This document shows positions 24,785 to 37,820 of a stretch of DNA of 64,000 nt, in pieces. Source of the stretch: Macrostomum lignano (taxonomy: Eukaryota); the NCBI GenBank assembly GCA_002269645.1, contig NIVC01001481.1, positions 62,001 to 126,000 of the forward strand, written 5' to 3'. How positions within the stretch are numbered: the stretch's first letter is position 1; each line of letters begins with the position of its first letter. The translations under genes and the position numbers were made by a program. Below the pieces are notes generated by a model that worked only from the letters and a program-made list of their open reading frames with translations, had not been told where the DNA came from and did no database searches.

Positions 24785-25695
24785 AGTTGACGTAATGAAA
24801 CAAATTTTAGAGTCATAATTCCATGAACATGATTTTGAAAAGTCCAAAAGCCCATAATACGAATAGCTTATTATAGGAAATATTAGCCTAGACTGTGGTT
24901 TTGATTTAAAAAAACAAATAATTAACCTTTCAAAAGCTATTATTACTGCTAAATTTTATTAAACATCGAGAGTGTGAAATGAAGCTCTATACATAGTAGG
25001 AATGAAAATATAAAAATTGTTAAGCTTAGCCAATGTATGATCTGCCAATACTGCTACATAGACGTACTGTCCCTGGACATAACCCTTACTGCCTTACATA
25101 AGACTAAGAGTAAGAATAATATTGAATGGTCGTCACCGACGTCACGTCACTCATTGATCTATACTATTTCGTAGAAAACAACATTCTTATTAAATTTTGA
25201 ATATGTTAGCGTAGTATATCAAATCTTGTTTAGATAAAAAAATATTTGACTTTTTTGGGCTAAAGTTTTAATGAAAAATGCCTGCAGAACTGTTTTGGCA
25301 GCGTTAGAGCTGTTACTGTGAGTGTTTATGTGTGTATATTAGTAACGGTCGAAGTTCTATTTTTACCTTTGTGCTCCCGTAGGATTTAGAAGTCCTGCTC
25401 GTACTATTTCGTCGTTAATTATTCTGTTTTTCTTTAACCCTTAATATTCGTGGCACAAGTGAAACAGACATATAGTAGAGCTTGTTTATAAAATATTTTG
25501 CAAACTTTCGGAAAATTAATACAGTACCAAGCAAGCTGTTGTTGATCTGAACAACTTAGTTGTGCATTGACTGACTGTCTCACGTCTGTCTGTCCTTTGT
25601 TCTAATTTATATTTGTAATATTATAAACTTTTTTAAAAAATTACTGTAAATTTAAGCTAAGAAAGCTAAGTATTTGCTTATATTAAAGCCTCAGA

Positions 25696-27738
25696 ATGGG
25701 TTGTTCACCCTCTCGAAATGTCTCTCAATACATTGGTAAGTGCAATGTTCTTTACTAACTATATCAGTTCGAGAATGCAAACAGCCCATCCTAGCTAGCC
25801 AGTAAAAAATACAAATCTAGAAAGTCAATTTAAAAAATCGGTAGGTTTGTTAATTAGAAATCAATAGAAGTAGGGCAAAGACTTCTTATTTTACTGTTTG
25901 AAGTAATTTAAGACATCTAAGGATTTACTTTTATATTTACAGTTGCAACTATACATGACAGTTTAAATTGATTTTTTTATTTCAGAGGTGATTGCATCAA
26001 AATCGCCAGACTATCTATGCCGCTCAACCGAAGTGAAGCATAGTGTTGGTGTGCTGTTTGATGTGAAAGGATTCTCAGATGCTGTCATTTCTCTTTGTGG
26101 ACCACAGGAAATGGTAGTTCATGAAATTATTTTTTTTACTAAAATAATTATAATTTTTTAAGAGTGAGTTAAGTTTAAATGAAAAATACTGATTTGACTT
26201 TTCCAAGTTGTTAATAAACTGTCCATCATCCCTAACAGGTTGACTATGAGGCAACTATTGGCGCCTTCGGAAACTCGCGCTGCCTTCTGCGATCAACTCT
26301 GGATCCTGAGGTGGTCGCGCACAGCAATACACCCAGCCTGCTCAACCAGACAGATTATCGGCAGATGTGGCTCACCTGGAGACAGTGCCAGCTGTGCCTG
26401 GGAGAGTGAGTGCTTTTATGATAACCGACTCCAATAACCATTCCTTCTTTGTTTGCCATCACTGTCTTCTGTCGCTTCAGTTCCTGTCTTCTGTCACCTC
26501 TTCCTGTCTTCTGTCACCTCTTCCTTTCTTCTGTCACCTCTTCATGTCTTCTGTCACCTCTTCCTTTCTTCTGTCACCTCTTCCTGTCTTCTGTCCTCTC
26601 TTCCTTTCTTCTGTCACCTCTTCCTGTCTTCTGTCCCCTCTTCCTGCCTTCTGTCACCTCTTCCTGTCTTCTGTCCCCTCTTCCTGTCTTCTGTCCCCTC
26701 TTCCTGTCTTCTGTCACCTCTTCCTGTCTTCTGTCACCTCTTCCTGTCTTCTGTCGCTCCTTCCTGTCTTCTGTCACCTCTTCCTGTCTTCTGTCACCTC
26801 TTCCTGTCTTCTGTCGCTCCTTCCTGTCTTCTGTCCCCTCTTCCTGTCTTCTGTCCCCTCTTCCTGTCTTCTGTCACCTCTTCCTGTCTTCTGTCCTCTC
26901 TTCTTGTCTTCTGTCGCTCCTTCCTGTCTTCTGTCTCCTCTTCCTGTCTTCTGTCCCCTCTTCCTGTCTTCTGTCGCTCTTTCCTGTCTTCTGTCACCTC
27001 TTCCTGTCTTCTGTCCTCTCTTCCTTTCTTCTGTCTCCTCTTCCTGTCTTCTGTCACCTCTTCCTGTCTTCTGTCACCTCTTCCTGTCTTCTGTCCTCTC
27101 TTCTTGTCTTCTGTCGCTCCTTCCTGTCTTCTGTCTCCTCTTCCTTTCTTCTGTCACCTCTTCCTGTCTTCTGTCCCCTCTTCCTGTCTTCTGTCTCCTC
27201 TTCCTGTCTTCTGTCCCCTCTTTCTTTCTTCTGTCACCTCTTCTTGTCTTCTGTCGCTCCTTCCTGTCTTCTGTCACCTTCCTGTCTTCTGTCACCTTCC
27301 TGTCCTCTGTCCCCTCTTCCTGTTTTCAGACGCTCCTCCCTTCCTAACCTCGAATTTTCTCACGCCCCAATTCTTTCGTGTTTATCTTTATTGCTTAAAA
27401 ATTTCCAACCATACTCTAACAAAATCCTGTTTACTTATAGTAGTCTGTAGAGCAAGTGCAAAGTCTCATTTATATTAATTCTAGCGGTCCTCGGGCCGGG
27501 CTGTCCAAGTACGAGCTGCTCAGCCTGCCGATCGCGGCCGTCCAGTCTGCATCAGGGGCGGCGGAGGCCTACCGGCCCTTCTGTCTGAAGGTTTCCTGTC
27601 CCACGGCCGGCAGCAGAGTCTGCTTTCGCAATCCCCGATTGCTGTGTAAGTTTATTCAGCCTGTTTCCTAGATAAATAGCGCACATGTCACAGTTTTGAC
27701 TGTTTTATAACTCTACTTCAGTCGAGGGCGACATCTGA
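25696..27738 (+). CDS. Methyltransf_FA (farnesoic acid O-methyltransferase-like) domain protein; exons 25696-25735, 25986-26113, 26239-26405, 27485-27645, 27722-27738; 170 aa
   Basis: Spliced product MGCSPSRNVSQYIEVIAS...VLFDVKGFSDAVISL...YEATIGAFGNSRCLLR...VAHSNTPSLLNQTDYRQMWLTW...LLFEGDI* fits the family pattern (F.V....DA.I.L / YE..IG..GN / TP.LL....R..W..W). Four GT-AG introns, phases 1,0,2,1, all consistent; 513 nt. Confidence 0.8.
26463..27320. repeat. 20-bp pyrimidine-rich minisatellite (~42 copies) in intron 3 of the FAMeT-domain gene
   Basis: Unit TTCCTGTCTTCTGTCACCTC with variants. Confidence 0.95.
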
Positions 27739-28347
27739 ACTGGCTGAAGGCTCCCTCCAACAGCGTTCTCCGTATTTAGCAGCGAAAGAGTCCAAAGTCG
27801 GTTGAAAATTGAGCAATTATTGACTGCTTTATCGGAACAGATCGCAAAGTTCGTTTTCTATTTTATTCAATTTTTATAATGAAGTTTAATAATGCTTTTC
27901 ATGTCTTTCGATTTGATCTATTGAATTGATGTTTCATTTATAGTCTTCACGTGAGCTTCCTCATGAGAGCGACCAGCTGCCATGTCCTACTACAACACAA
28001 GCATACATTATGAATGTTTGAATTGCATTGCAACTTAGAAGGAATAGCTGCTGTTACCCAATCGCAATTTTCAGCTTTTTTGTACTTTTTCCTATTCGTA
28101 ATTTAACATTTCATTTTTCTGGCATCATTCTTATTGCACTACTTATCATTGCGGTTTTATTCAGTAATAAAACCCGACTGCAGACTGCTCTGTTGCCACT
28201 ATTGGAAATCGTAAATGAAAAAATAAATGAATGGTTTTCTATTTTTATAATTTTGATGTAAGTTTGATTTCTCTTTGTTGTAATGAAGTTCACAGAAAAT
28301 GACTGGCCAATATTGGTAAAGGGTATGTCAACTAAGGGTTGGGCAAC

Positions 28348-28500
28348 GGGGGTTGTAGCCCAGTAGTCAGAGTGTCGGACTGACGACTGAAAGGTCGGTG
28401 GTTCGATTCTTGACTCACTCGGAAAAATTTGTCCTTGAGCAAGACACTTAACTCTGCATTGCTTCAGTTCACCCAGCTGCAAAATGGGTGCCAGCATTAG
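28348..28500 (+). mobile_element. tRNA-derived SINE with CORE-like central domain (3' end not defined)
   Basis: Head GGGGGTTGTAGCCCAGTAG (A box) and GGTTCGATTC (B box, 28400-28409), followed by TCCTTGAGCAAGACACTTAAC...CTTCAGTTCACCCAGCTGCAAAATGGG, resembling the MIR/CORE consensus CCTTGGGCAAGTCACTTAAC...CTCAGTTTCCTCATCTGTAAAATGGG. Confidence 0.75.
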
Positions 28501-29174
28501 CTGGGGTAATTGAGGGTGTGTGCGGTCGGTTGCACATCTGGCCCAATTAGGGCAGGTCATTTGGATGCCTTTGACAACGAACTCCGAAGGTTGCACGCCT
28601 ACTTTTCAACTTCAAAGGCTGAACGACAGCCAAACTGCGGGTTGTCATTGCCATGTAAGCAGTGCATGCAACAATTGTTTTCTAGGCCACTACATGTATG
28701 CATACATGTACATGTGTGTTCCTGAAAGCTTCAAGAAGACTTATCCGAATTAAAGCACCGATTCGTGGAGACTATGCTGTTTCACTAATTTGCCGGTCCA
28801 TTAGAGGGACCCGGCAGCGAAAGAACCGCTCTGATACATACATCGCTTCCATTTTGGAACTAAGTTGAAATAATCTTTGAAGCAAGCTAGCATGTTCTAC
28901 TATTGATAGTAAGCTAAATAGCGTATGACTTGGTAAATAAAAGAATTCTTTACCCAAATAAAAAACAATAAATGAATCAAAGTCGCCATATATCGCTACT
29001 TATGTACTTATCGTTTACCACCAAGCTTTCAGCCATAGACATGAGCGGGGGAGCGAACCCTCAGCCGCAACTCAAGGGGAGAGAAGATTAGAAAGGCAGG
29101 GGAGACACACACAGAGAGAGGCAAGCGGCCGAGCGGCGTAAATCATACTTGTGCAAGAGTGTTCAGCTGATCAA

Positions 29175-30437
29175 ATGGCTAAGTACTCGCGCACCAACCT
29201 CATCATCAACTACTTGCCTCAGGCCTTCTCAGATGACGAGTTCCGCGCCCTGTTCGGCAGCGTGGCGCCGGTGAAACGGGCCAAAGTGTGCCGGGACAAG
29301 CGCAGCGGCTACAGCTTCGGCTTCGGCTTCTGCGAGTTTTACACGGCCGAGGATGCCAGCAGAGCCGTGCGGATGCTGAACGGCCTGCAGCTGCACCGCA
29401 AGACAATCAAAGTTGCCCACGCCAGACTGCAGAGCTCGGAGTCGAAGAACTGCAATTTGCACATCACCAACCTGCCGCCAACTGTCACGGCTGAGGACAT
29501 TCGGGCCGTTCTGGAACCGCACGGTGGCATCATTAACTGCAAGATTCTGCCTGGCGGCCATCGGGGCGGCGGCGGGGCCCGCGGTGTCGGGTTCTGCCTG
29601 TTCGAGACCCGGTCGGCGGCGGCCTCTGCGCTGGCCGCTCTGAACGGGAAGCCGTGGCCGGGCTCGGCCGAGGCAGCCGCCGACAGTCCGCAGCAGCTTG
29701 TCCAGGTTCGATTCGCCGACGAGAACGAGAAGAAAGTCCGGCCGCCAGCGGTGTCAGGCGCTGCCGCCTCCTCGACACAGTCACTGCCGCTGCCGCCACC
29801 ACCTCCGCCGCCTTCGACATCGATGTCATCTCTACCGGCGCAGCTTCCGCATCATCAGGTCCATCAACATCTGTCCTCCTTGCCGCTGTCTCTGGTGCCT
29901 CAGCCGCCTCAGATGCCGCTGCCGCCGCCACCGCTGCCGCCTCCGCTGATGCCGCAGGCCTACGACTTTTCCACCTTCTACGCCATGCAACAGCAGCACG
30001 GCCTGCCCCCGACCTACGGCTACCCGACCGCCCTCTACTCCGCCTTCCCAGGCTGCCCCCCGGCCCAGTTCTACCCTCCAGTGCCGACTTCGGAGCTTCC
30101 GCAACAGCCGCAGTCTCAGCCGCCTCAGTCGGCTCTGGCGCCACCACCGCCGCCGCCGCCGCCTCCAGCCTTCATCGTCAGCGTGTGCAACCTGCCACCG
30201 GGCACCGACGAGTGTCAGCTCTGGTCAATGTTCTGCCAGTTTGGCGGCCTTGCCGAAGTCCGCCTGGAGCCCAGCTCCGGCCGCCAGCCAGCACCGGCCG
30301 AGGGCGACCTTCAGCCGCCGGGCGCCTCCGCCGCGGTGGGTTTCGCGTCATATCAGGCGGCGGCCAGCGCAGTGGCCCACTGGAATGGCCAGAGTCTTGG
30401 CGGGCGGCAGCTGCAGGTGTGGCTGCGGCTGCCCTGA
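29175..30437 (+). CDS. ELAV/Sex-lethal-family RNA-binding protein, three RRMs with a Pro/Gln-rich hinge, intronless, 420 aa
   Basis: First in-frame ATG at 29175; RRM1 TNLIINYLPQ...RDKRSGYSFGFGF...LNGLQLHRKTIKVAHAR; RRM2 NLHITNLP...RGVGF; degenerate RRM3 VCNLPPGTDECQLWSMFCQFG. Confidence 0.88.
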   Translation: MAKYSRTNLIINYLPQAFSDDEFRALFGSVAPVKRAKVCRDKRSGYSFGFGFCEFYTAEDASRAVRMLNGLQLHRKTIKVAHARLQSSESKNCNLHITNLPPTVTAEDIRAVLEPHGGIINCKILPGGHRGGGGARGVGFCLFETRSAAASALAALNGKPWPGSAEAAADSPQQLVQVRFADENEKKVRPPAVSGAAASSTQSLPLPPPPPPPSTSMSSLPAQLPHHQVHQHLSSLPLSLVPQPPQMPLPPPPLPPPLMPQAYDFSTFYAMQQQHGLPPTYGYPTALYSAFPGCPPAQFYPPVPTSELPQQPQSQPPQSALAPPPPPPPPPAFIVSVCNLPPGTDECQLWSMFCQFGGLAEVRLEPSSGRQPAPAEGDLQPPGASAAVGFASYQAAASAVAHWNGQSLGGRQLQVWLRLP

Positions 30438-30830
30438 TGCTGACAGCTGCCTCCTCCCTCAGCCTCCTTCTCTTCTCTAACAGAAATCAAATCAGTCGTA
30501 TTATGTTTTTTTATTAATTTAAATTCCGTACGAAACTTGCTCAGCAGTTTATTTTTAATTTTTTCCCCTGCTCAAAGGGCCGCTCAAAGCGGAGCTCGAT
30601 TTTTCGCAATCCAAAAAGACACTTTCGTGCTCGCCTCTCATTTGTACTGGATTTTTATGCCGATAATTTTTTCTGGATTAGAAAAAACTGCCTCTTCTGG
30701 AAGCAAAAATAAACGTCGCCTTTTACTGAACAACAACACATTTTTGGTTATCAATTTAGCTAAATGGCTTTGAACTCTAAATAACTGCCTTTTATTTCCC
30801 TTTTGTGTGCCTTTTTCCTCTACAAACATC

Positions 30831-32765
30831 TCCCTCCGTGCCTCCCCTCCGTCCCTCACCTCTGTGCCTCCCCTCTGTGCTTCTCCCTCCGTGCCTCTCC
30901 CTCTGTGCCTCCCCTCTGTGCCTCCCCTCTGTGCCTTCCCTCTGTGCTTCTCCCTCCGTGCCTCCCCCTCCGTGCCTTCCCTCCCCTCTGTGCCTCCCCT
31001 CTGTGCCTCCCCTCTGTGCCTCCCCCTCTGTGCCTCCCCTCTGTGCCTCCCCTCTGTGCCTCCCCTCTGTGCCTCCCCTCTGTGCCTCTCCCTCTGTGCC
31101 TCCCCTCTGTGCCTCCCCTCTGTGCCTCCCCTCTGTGCCTCTCCCTCTGTGCCTCCTCTCTGTGCCTCCTCTCTGTGCCTCCCCCTCTGTGCCTTCCCTC
31201 TGTGCCTCCCTTCCCCTCTGTGCCTCCCCTCTGTTCCTTCCCTCTGTGCCTCCCCTCCGTGCCTCCCCTCTGTGCCTCCCCTCTGTGCCTCCCCCTCTGT
31301 GCCTCCCCTCTGTGCCTCCCCCTCTGTGCCTTCCCTCTGTGCCTCCCCTCCGTCCCTCACCTCTGTGCCTCCCCTCTGTGCTTCTCCCTCCGTGCCTCCC
31401 CCTCCGTGCCTCTCCCTCTGTGCCTCCCCTCTGTGCCTCCCCCTCTGTGCCTTCCCTCTGTGCCTCCCCTCCCCTCTGTGCCTCCCCTCTGTGCCTCCCC
31501 TCTGTGCCTCCCCTCTGTGCCTCCCCTCTGTGCCTCTCCCTCTGTGCCTCCCCTCTGTGCCTCCCCTCTGTGCCTCTCCCTCTGTGCCTCCCCTCTGTGC
31601 CTCCCCTCTGTGCCTCTCCCTCTGTGCCTCCCCTCTGTGCCTCCCCTCTGTGCCTCCCCCTCTGTGCCTTCCCTCTGTGCCTCCCCTCTGTGCCTCCCCT
31701 CTGTGCCTCCCCTCTGTGCCTCCCCTCTGTGCCTCCCCCTCTGTGCCTTCCCTCTGTGCCTCCCCTCCCCTCTGTGCCTCCCCTCCCCTCTGTGCCTCCC
31801 CTCCCCTCTGTGCCTCCCTCTGTGCCTTCCCCTGTGCCTCCCCTCTGTGCCTCCCCTCTGTGCCTCCCCTCTGTGCCTCTCCCTCTGTGCCTCCCCTCTG
31901 TGCCTCTCCCTCTGTGCCTCCCCTCTGTGCCTCCTCTCTGTGCCTCCCCTCTGTGCCTCCCCTCCCCTCTGTGCCTCTCCCTCTGTGCCTCCCCCCTGTG
32001 CCTCTCCCTCTGTGCCTCCCCTCTGTGCCTCCCCTCTGTGCCTCCCCTCTGTGCCTCCTCTCTGTGCCTCTCCCTCTGTGCCTCCCCTCTGTGCCTCTCC
32101 CTCTGTGCCTCCCCTCTGTGCCTCTCCCTCTGTGCCTCCCCTCTGTGCCTCCCCTCTGTGCCTCTCCCTCTGTGCCTCTCCTTCTGTGCCTCGCCTCTGT
32201 GCCTCTCCTCTGTGCCTTCCCTCTGTGCCTCTCCCTCTGTGCCTCTCCTCTGTGCCTCTCCTCTGTGCCTCTCCTCTGTGCCTCTCCCTCTGTGCCTCCC
32301 CTCTGTGCCTCCCCTCTGTGCCTCCCCTCTGTGCCTATCCTCTGTGCCTCCCCTCTGTGCCTCCCCTCTGTGCCTCCCCTCTGTGCCTCTCCCTCTGTGC
32401 CTCTCCTCTGTGCCTCTCCCTCTGTGCCTCCCCTCTGTGCCTCCCCTCTGTGCCTCCCCTCTGTGCCTATCCTCTGTGCCTCTCCCTCTGTGCCTCCCCT
32501 CTGTGCCTCTCCCTCTGTGCCTCCCCTCTGTGCCTATCCTCTGTGCCTCTCCCTCTGTGCCTCCCCTCTGTGCCTCCCCTCTGTGCCTCCCCTCTGTGCC
32601 TATCCTCTGTGCTTCCTCTCCGTGCCTCTCCCTCTGTGCCTCCCCTCTGTGCCTCCCCTCTGTGCCTCCCCTCCGTGCCTCCCCTCTGTGCCTCCCCTCT
32701 GTGCCTCCTCTCTGTGCCTCTCCCTCTGTGCCTCTCCCTCCGTGCCTCCCCTCTGTGCCTCCCCC
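30831..32765. repeat. ~1.9-kb pyrimidine-rich minisatellite built from CCTCTGTGCCTC(C) variants
   Basis: Read directly; + strand almost free of A. Confidence 0.95.
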
Positions 32766-33623
32766 TCTCAGATTCAGGGAGCTTTAAGAAAGCATTGAAC
32801 ATTCCCTATCAATTCAGTTCGGTTTTTTATTGCAAAAATATAAAGAAATAACAACCAGTTAAAGTGTTTAGTCTAAACCCAGCAACAAAAAAATTAAACA
32901 AACACGTCATGAGTTTCAGTCATCTGTGCTAGCCAGTTTAAGTAACTGTCTGTCAAGTTCCCTCCAGCGCTCTTCAGTATTTTAAAACCGTTTTCATAAG
33001 AACTGTCCTGTCCAATCCAATGAGCTTTCAATGCCATTCAGCTATGGCAAGCCGTGGAAGAAGGCTTGCAACTTCTCAAGAAGTTTTCAAAAGGCACACT
33101 TCGCCATTTCACCGCTAGTCTGTCCCTGCCTGTTCTGGGAAACTCGCAGAGGGGGGGGCTTTGGCGTGGCGTCTCTGCTCAAAAAACGGTTGCCAAGGAG
33201 AAAACTGCCAGCCTCATCTCACAGCCGCCACCCGCCGCGATCCCCAGGTGCAGTCAAGTTCGCTAAAAAACCCTCGCTTCCCCAGCCCCCGAGGGCGAGC
33301 ACGAGCTGAATAAATTCTCTTTTCCTGCCTCTCTGATGAGGGAGGGGAGGGGGAAATCATACTGAGTCTCGGATTGATGAGCTGCCTTGTTCGTGACACT
33401 TGATCAGCGACTGGGAATCAAGACCCAGCCTCTTCGTAGATGCTTTAGGCCTTGGGGAGGGGCTTCATTATCCTTTTCTATGATAATTTCGACACCAAAC
33501 TTGAGACGAATGATTTTGGTTGCTATCTAATTGACACGATTCCAATGGGCTGATTGATAACCACTTTAGATGATAAATAGGTCGCTTTTTGCTATTGAAA
33601 TTCTGATTGATTATGTCTGCAAA

Positions 33624-34420
<797 letters not shown>

Positions 34421-35325
34421 TCATGGAAAGGCCTTCAAGGAATCACGCGAAGATATGGAGAGTGGCTCTCAGGTCTGGCGCACCATTAAGTTTTCACTAA
34501 AAAGACAGAATACTTGTTGAAAGCCAGAGAGCTAGAGGCAGCATTTCGGTCGGGAGGCTCCCCAGCGAAAACAAAGATCCTCATCGGAACTAACTAGCTA
34601 TAGCAATCGGTTTCCTCCCCTGCCTCCTTTTTGTATTGTTTTGTTGATGTTAATCAGCTCAGGGGAGCACAATGGGACTGCGAGTTCCAATCGCTTCCTT
34701 CGCCCTGCTGCCTCGTTCCCAGGGCTCGGCTTGTTGTTGGTTTTTTTCTCAACGACACTCCCAGATTGCGCGGGACGCACCATCTTGGGGAGCAATCTTC
34801 GCATTTACACAGTCGCGTCACACGGGAAGCAATCACGATCCTTAGTTTTTCCTTTAAAATATTGCTTTTTGGTGGGTTTAGTTTAGCCCTGCCTGTGGAT
34901 TGCGTCATCAAGGCCTCATTGTGTTGCTTTAGCACCACCCGATTTTCTCTCAATCTCTCCAACACACCTGGGGAGCTCCACGGTTCGGTAGGTTGGCTAA
35001 CATAGGCCACACAGTGGCACCCTGCAGGCATGCAGACTTTGCAATTAAATATCCACTGGCTTCTTCAAGCCAGACTCCTTAAAACAATTGCAATTTGCAC
35101 AATTCCTTTGTAGTCGAATTTTAATTTCCCATCGCAATGTTGATTCGATGGCGGGTTCACCAGTGCATGCTAATTCGTTTTACTACTCAAAATTACTCAA
35201 CTATGCCGAATTGCGCCTTCAAAATAACCAGTAATCTTCGGTATTATGAAGACATTTCATTTCTATCATTTTTATATGAAGTTGGCAACACAACCGACTG
35301 GGATGGAGTGTCTATTTTCTACAGT

Positions 35326-36502
35326 ATGATCTACAGAATGATCTACAAAATGATCTACATAATAAACTACAGAATAACCTACAAAATTATCTACAGAATG
35401 ATCTACGGCATAATCTATAGAATAATCTACAGAATAATCTAAAGAATAATCTACAGAATAATCTACAGAATGGTCTACAAAATATTCTACAGAATAATCT
35501 ACAGAATGGTCTACAAAATGATCTACAGAGTAATCTACAGAATGATCTACAGAATGATCTACAGAGTAATCTACAGAATGATCTACAGAATAATCTACAG
35601 AATAATCTACAGAATAATCTACAGAATAATCTACGGAATAATCTACAGAATAATCTACGGAATAATCTACGGAATAATCTACGGAATAACCTACAGAATA
35701 ATCTACGGAATATTCTACGGAATAATCTACGGAATAATCTACAGAATAATCTACGGAATAATCTACAGAATAATCTACAGAATAATCTACAGAATGGTCT
35801 ACAAAATAATCTACAGAATATTCTACGGAATAATCTACAAAATAATCTACAGAATAATCTACAGAATGGTCTACAAAATATTCTACAGAATAATCTACAT
35901 AATACTCTACAGAATGTTCTACAAAATAATCTACAGAATAATCTACAGAATAATCTACAGAGTAATCTACAGAATGATCTAAAGAATAATCTACAGAATG
36001 ATCTACAGAGTAATCTACAGAATGATCTACAGAATAATCTACAGAATAATCTACAGAATAATCTACAGAATAATCTACGGAATAATCTACGGAATAATCT
36101 ACGGAATAATCTACGGAATAATCTACGGAATATCCTACAGAATAATCTACAGAATATTCTACGGAATAATCTACGGAATAATCTACAGAATAATCTACAG
36201 AATAATCTACGGAATAATCTACGGAATAATCTACAGAATAATCTACGGAATAATCTACGGAATAATCTACAGAATAATCTACAAAATAATCTACAGAATA
36301 ACCTACAGAATATTCTACGGAATAATCTACAGAATAACCTACAGAATAACCTACAGAATAATCTACGGAATAATCTACGGAATAATCTACAAAATTATCT
36401 ACAGAATGATCTACGGCATTATCTACAGAATAACCTACAGAATAATCTACCGAATAATCTACAGAATAATCTACAGAATAATCTACAGAATGATCTACAG
36501 AA
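35326..36502. repeat. 12-bp tandem minisatellite (~98 copies)
   Basis: Unit AATAATCTAC(A/G)G. Confidence 0.96.
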
Positions 36503-37184
36503 TTAAGATCAAATATTCTACCACCAGTTCGTAGGGAAGGATCAATCCACAGTAGAGGTGTATCGGCTTTCAAAATGAGTCACACAAGAGCAGATTGCAG
36601 CGAGCCCTATAGAAAACGCCGGACATGAAAAATGCTCATCTGCCCCAGCTGCAACTAATGATGGCATTGCGAGAGGACCATGCCATTAGAATCGGTTCGA
36701 GCCTGGAACAGCTTAGCAACCGCAACGCTGGCACCGCGAGTACCAGCTGGTCAGACGAATAAAAAAAACTGAATAAATAATAATTATTTTGTTGAAATTT
36801 CAAAACACCTGGATTTTATTATCGAGTCGACTGATAGACTAACCTTCTTCCCCCTGCCCAAGTGCAAGTCCTTATGGGTTGCTATGCTCGAATCCGCAGT
36901 AGGTTTCGGGTAGTTTTTTCTCCAACCCAACCCTAAGGCCTGTTCAAATATCCAACTCTGGCGTTTTTTCCGAGATCCGTGGACCAGCTGGCGCAGTAGA
37001 CTGTGAAAATTGGCTGAACCATGGACTACTGAGCCATCATCGGCACCTGGAATGAAAGCCACTAGACGTACGAGTATATTTCACACTTGAAATGATTAAG
37101 GAAAGAGTAATAAACTGCGAAGAAATTTCACTCCTAAGCCTTTCAAGTCACTCCTAATCATCGCCTAAGATTCATTCCTAACCC

Positions 37185-37820
37185 TCATCAGAGATTCACT
37201 CCTAACTCCTCATCAGAGAGTCACTCCTAACCCTTCATCAGAGAGTCACTCCTAACCCTTCATCAGAGAGTCACTCCTAACCCTTCATCAGAGAGTCACT
37301 CCTAACCCCTCATCAGAGAGTCACTCCTAACCCTTCATCAGAGAGTCACTCCTAACCCTTCATCAGAGAGTCACTCCTAACCCTCACCAGAGAGTCACTC
37401 CTAACCCCTCATCAGAGAGTCACTCCTAACCCTTCATCAGAGAGTCACTCCTAACCCCTCACCAGAGATTCACTCCTAACCCTCACCTAAGAGTCACTCC
37501 TAACCCCTCACCAGAGAGTCACTCCTAACCCTCACCTAAGAGTCACTCCTAACCCCTCACCAGAGAGTCACTCCTAACCCTTCATCAGAGAGTCACTCCT
37601 AACCCTCACCAGAGAGTCACTCCTAACCCCTCACCAGAGATTCACTCCTAATCCTCACCTAAGAGTCACTCCTAACCCCTCACCAGATAGTCACTCCTAA
37701 CCCTCACCTAAGAGTCACTCCTAACCCCTCACCAGAGATTCACTCCTAACCCTCACCTAAGAGTCACTCCTAACCCCTCACCAGAGAGTCACTCCTAACC
37801 TCTCACAAGAGTCACTCCTA
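37185..37820. repeat. 24-25-bp tandem minisatellite (~25 copies)
   Basis: Unit AGAGTCACTCCTAACCC(C/T)TCA(C/T)CAG. Confidence 0.95.

Noticed and set aside
26367-27478. Three 326-341-aa Leu/Ser/Cys-rich ORFs
   Set aside because: They come from the 20-bp intronic minisatellite, which lacks stops.
28348-28420. Functional tRNA gene
   Set aside because: Acceptor and anticodon stems pair poorly and the sequence runs into a CORE-like SINE body.
29206-30517. Overlapping alternative-frame and antisense ORFs over GC-rich genes (also at MRI1, Id-like, SPATA6)
   Set aside because: Expected shadow ORFs of GC-rich coding sequence.
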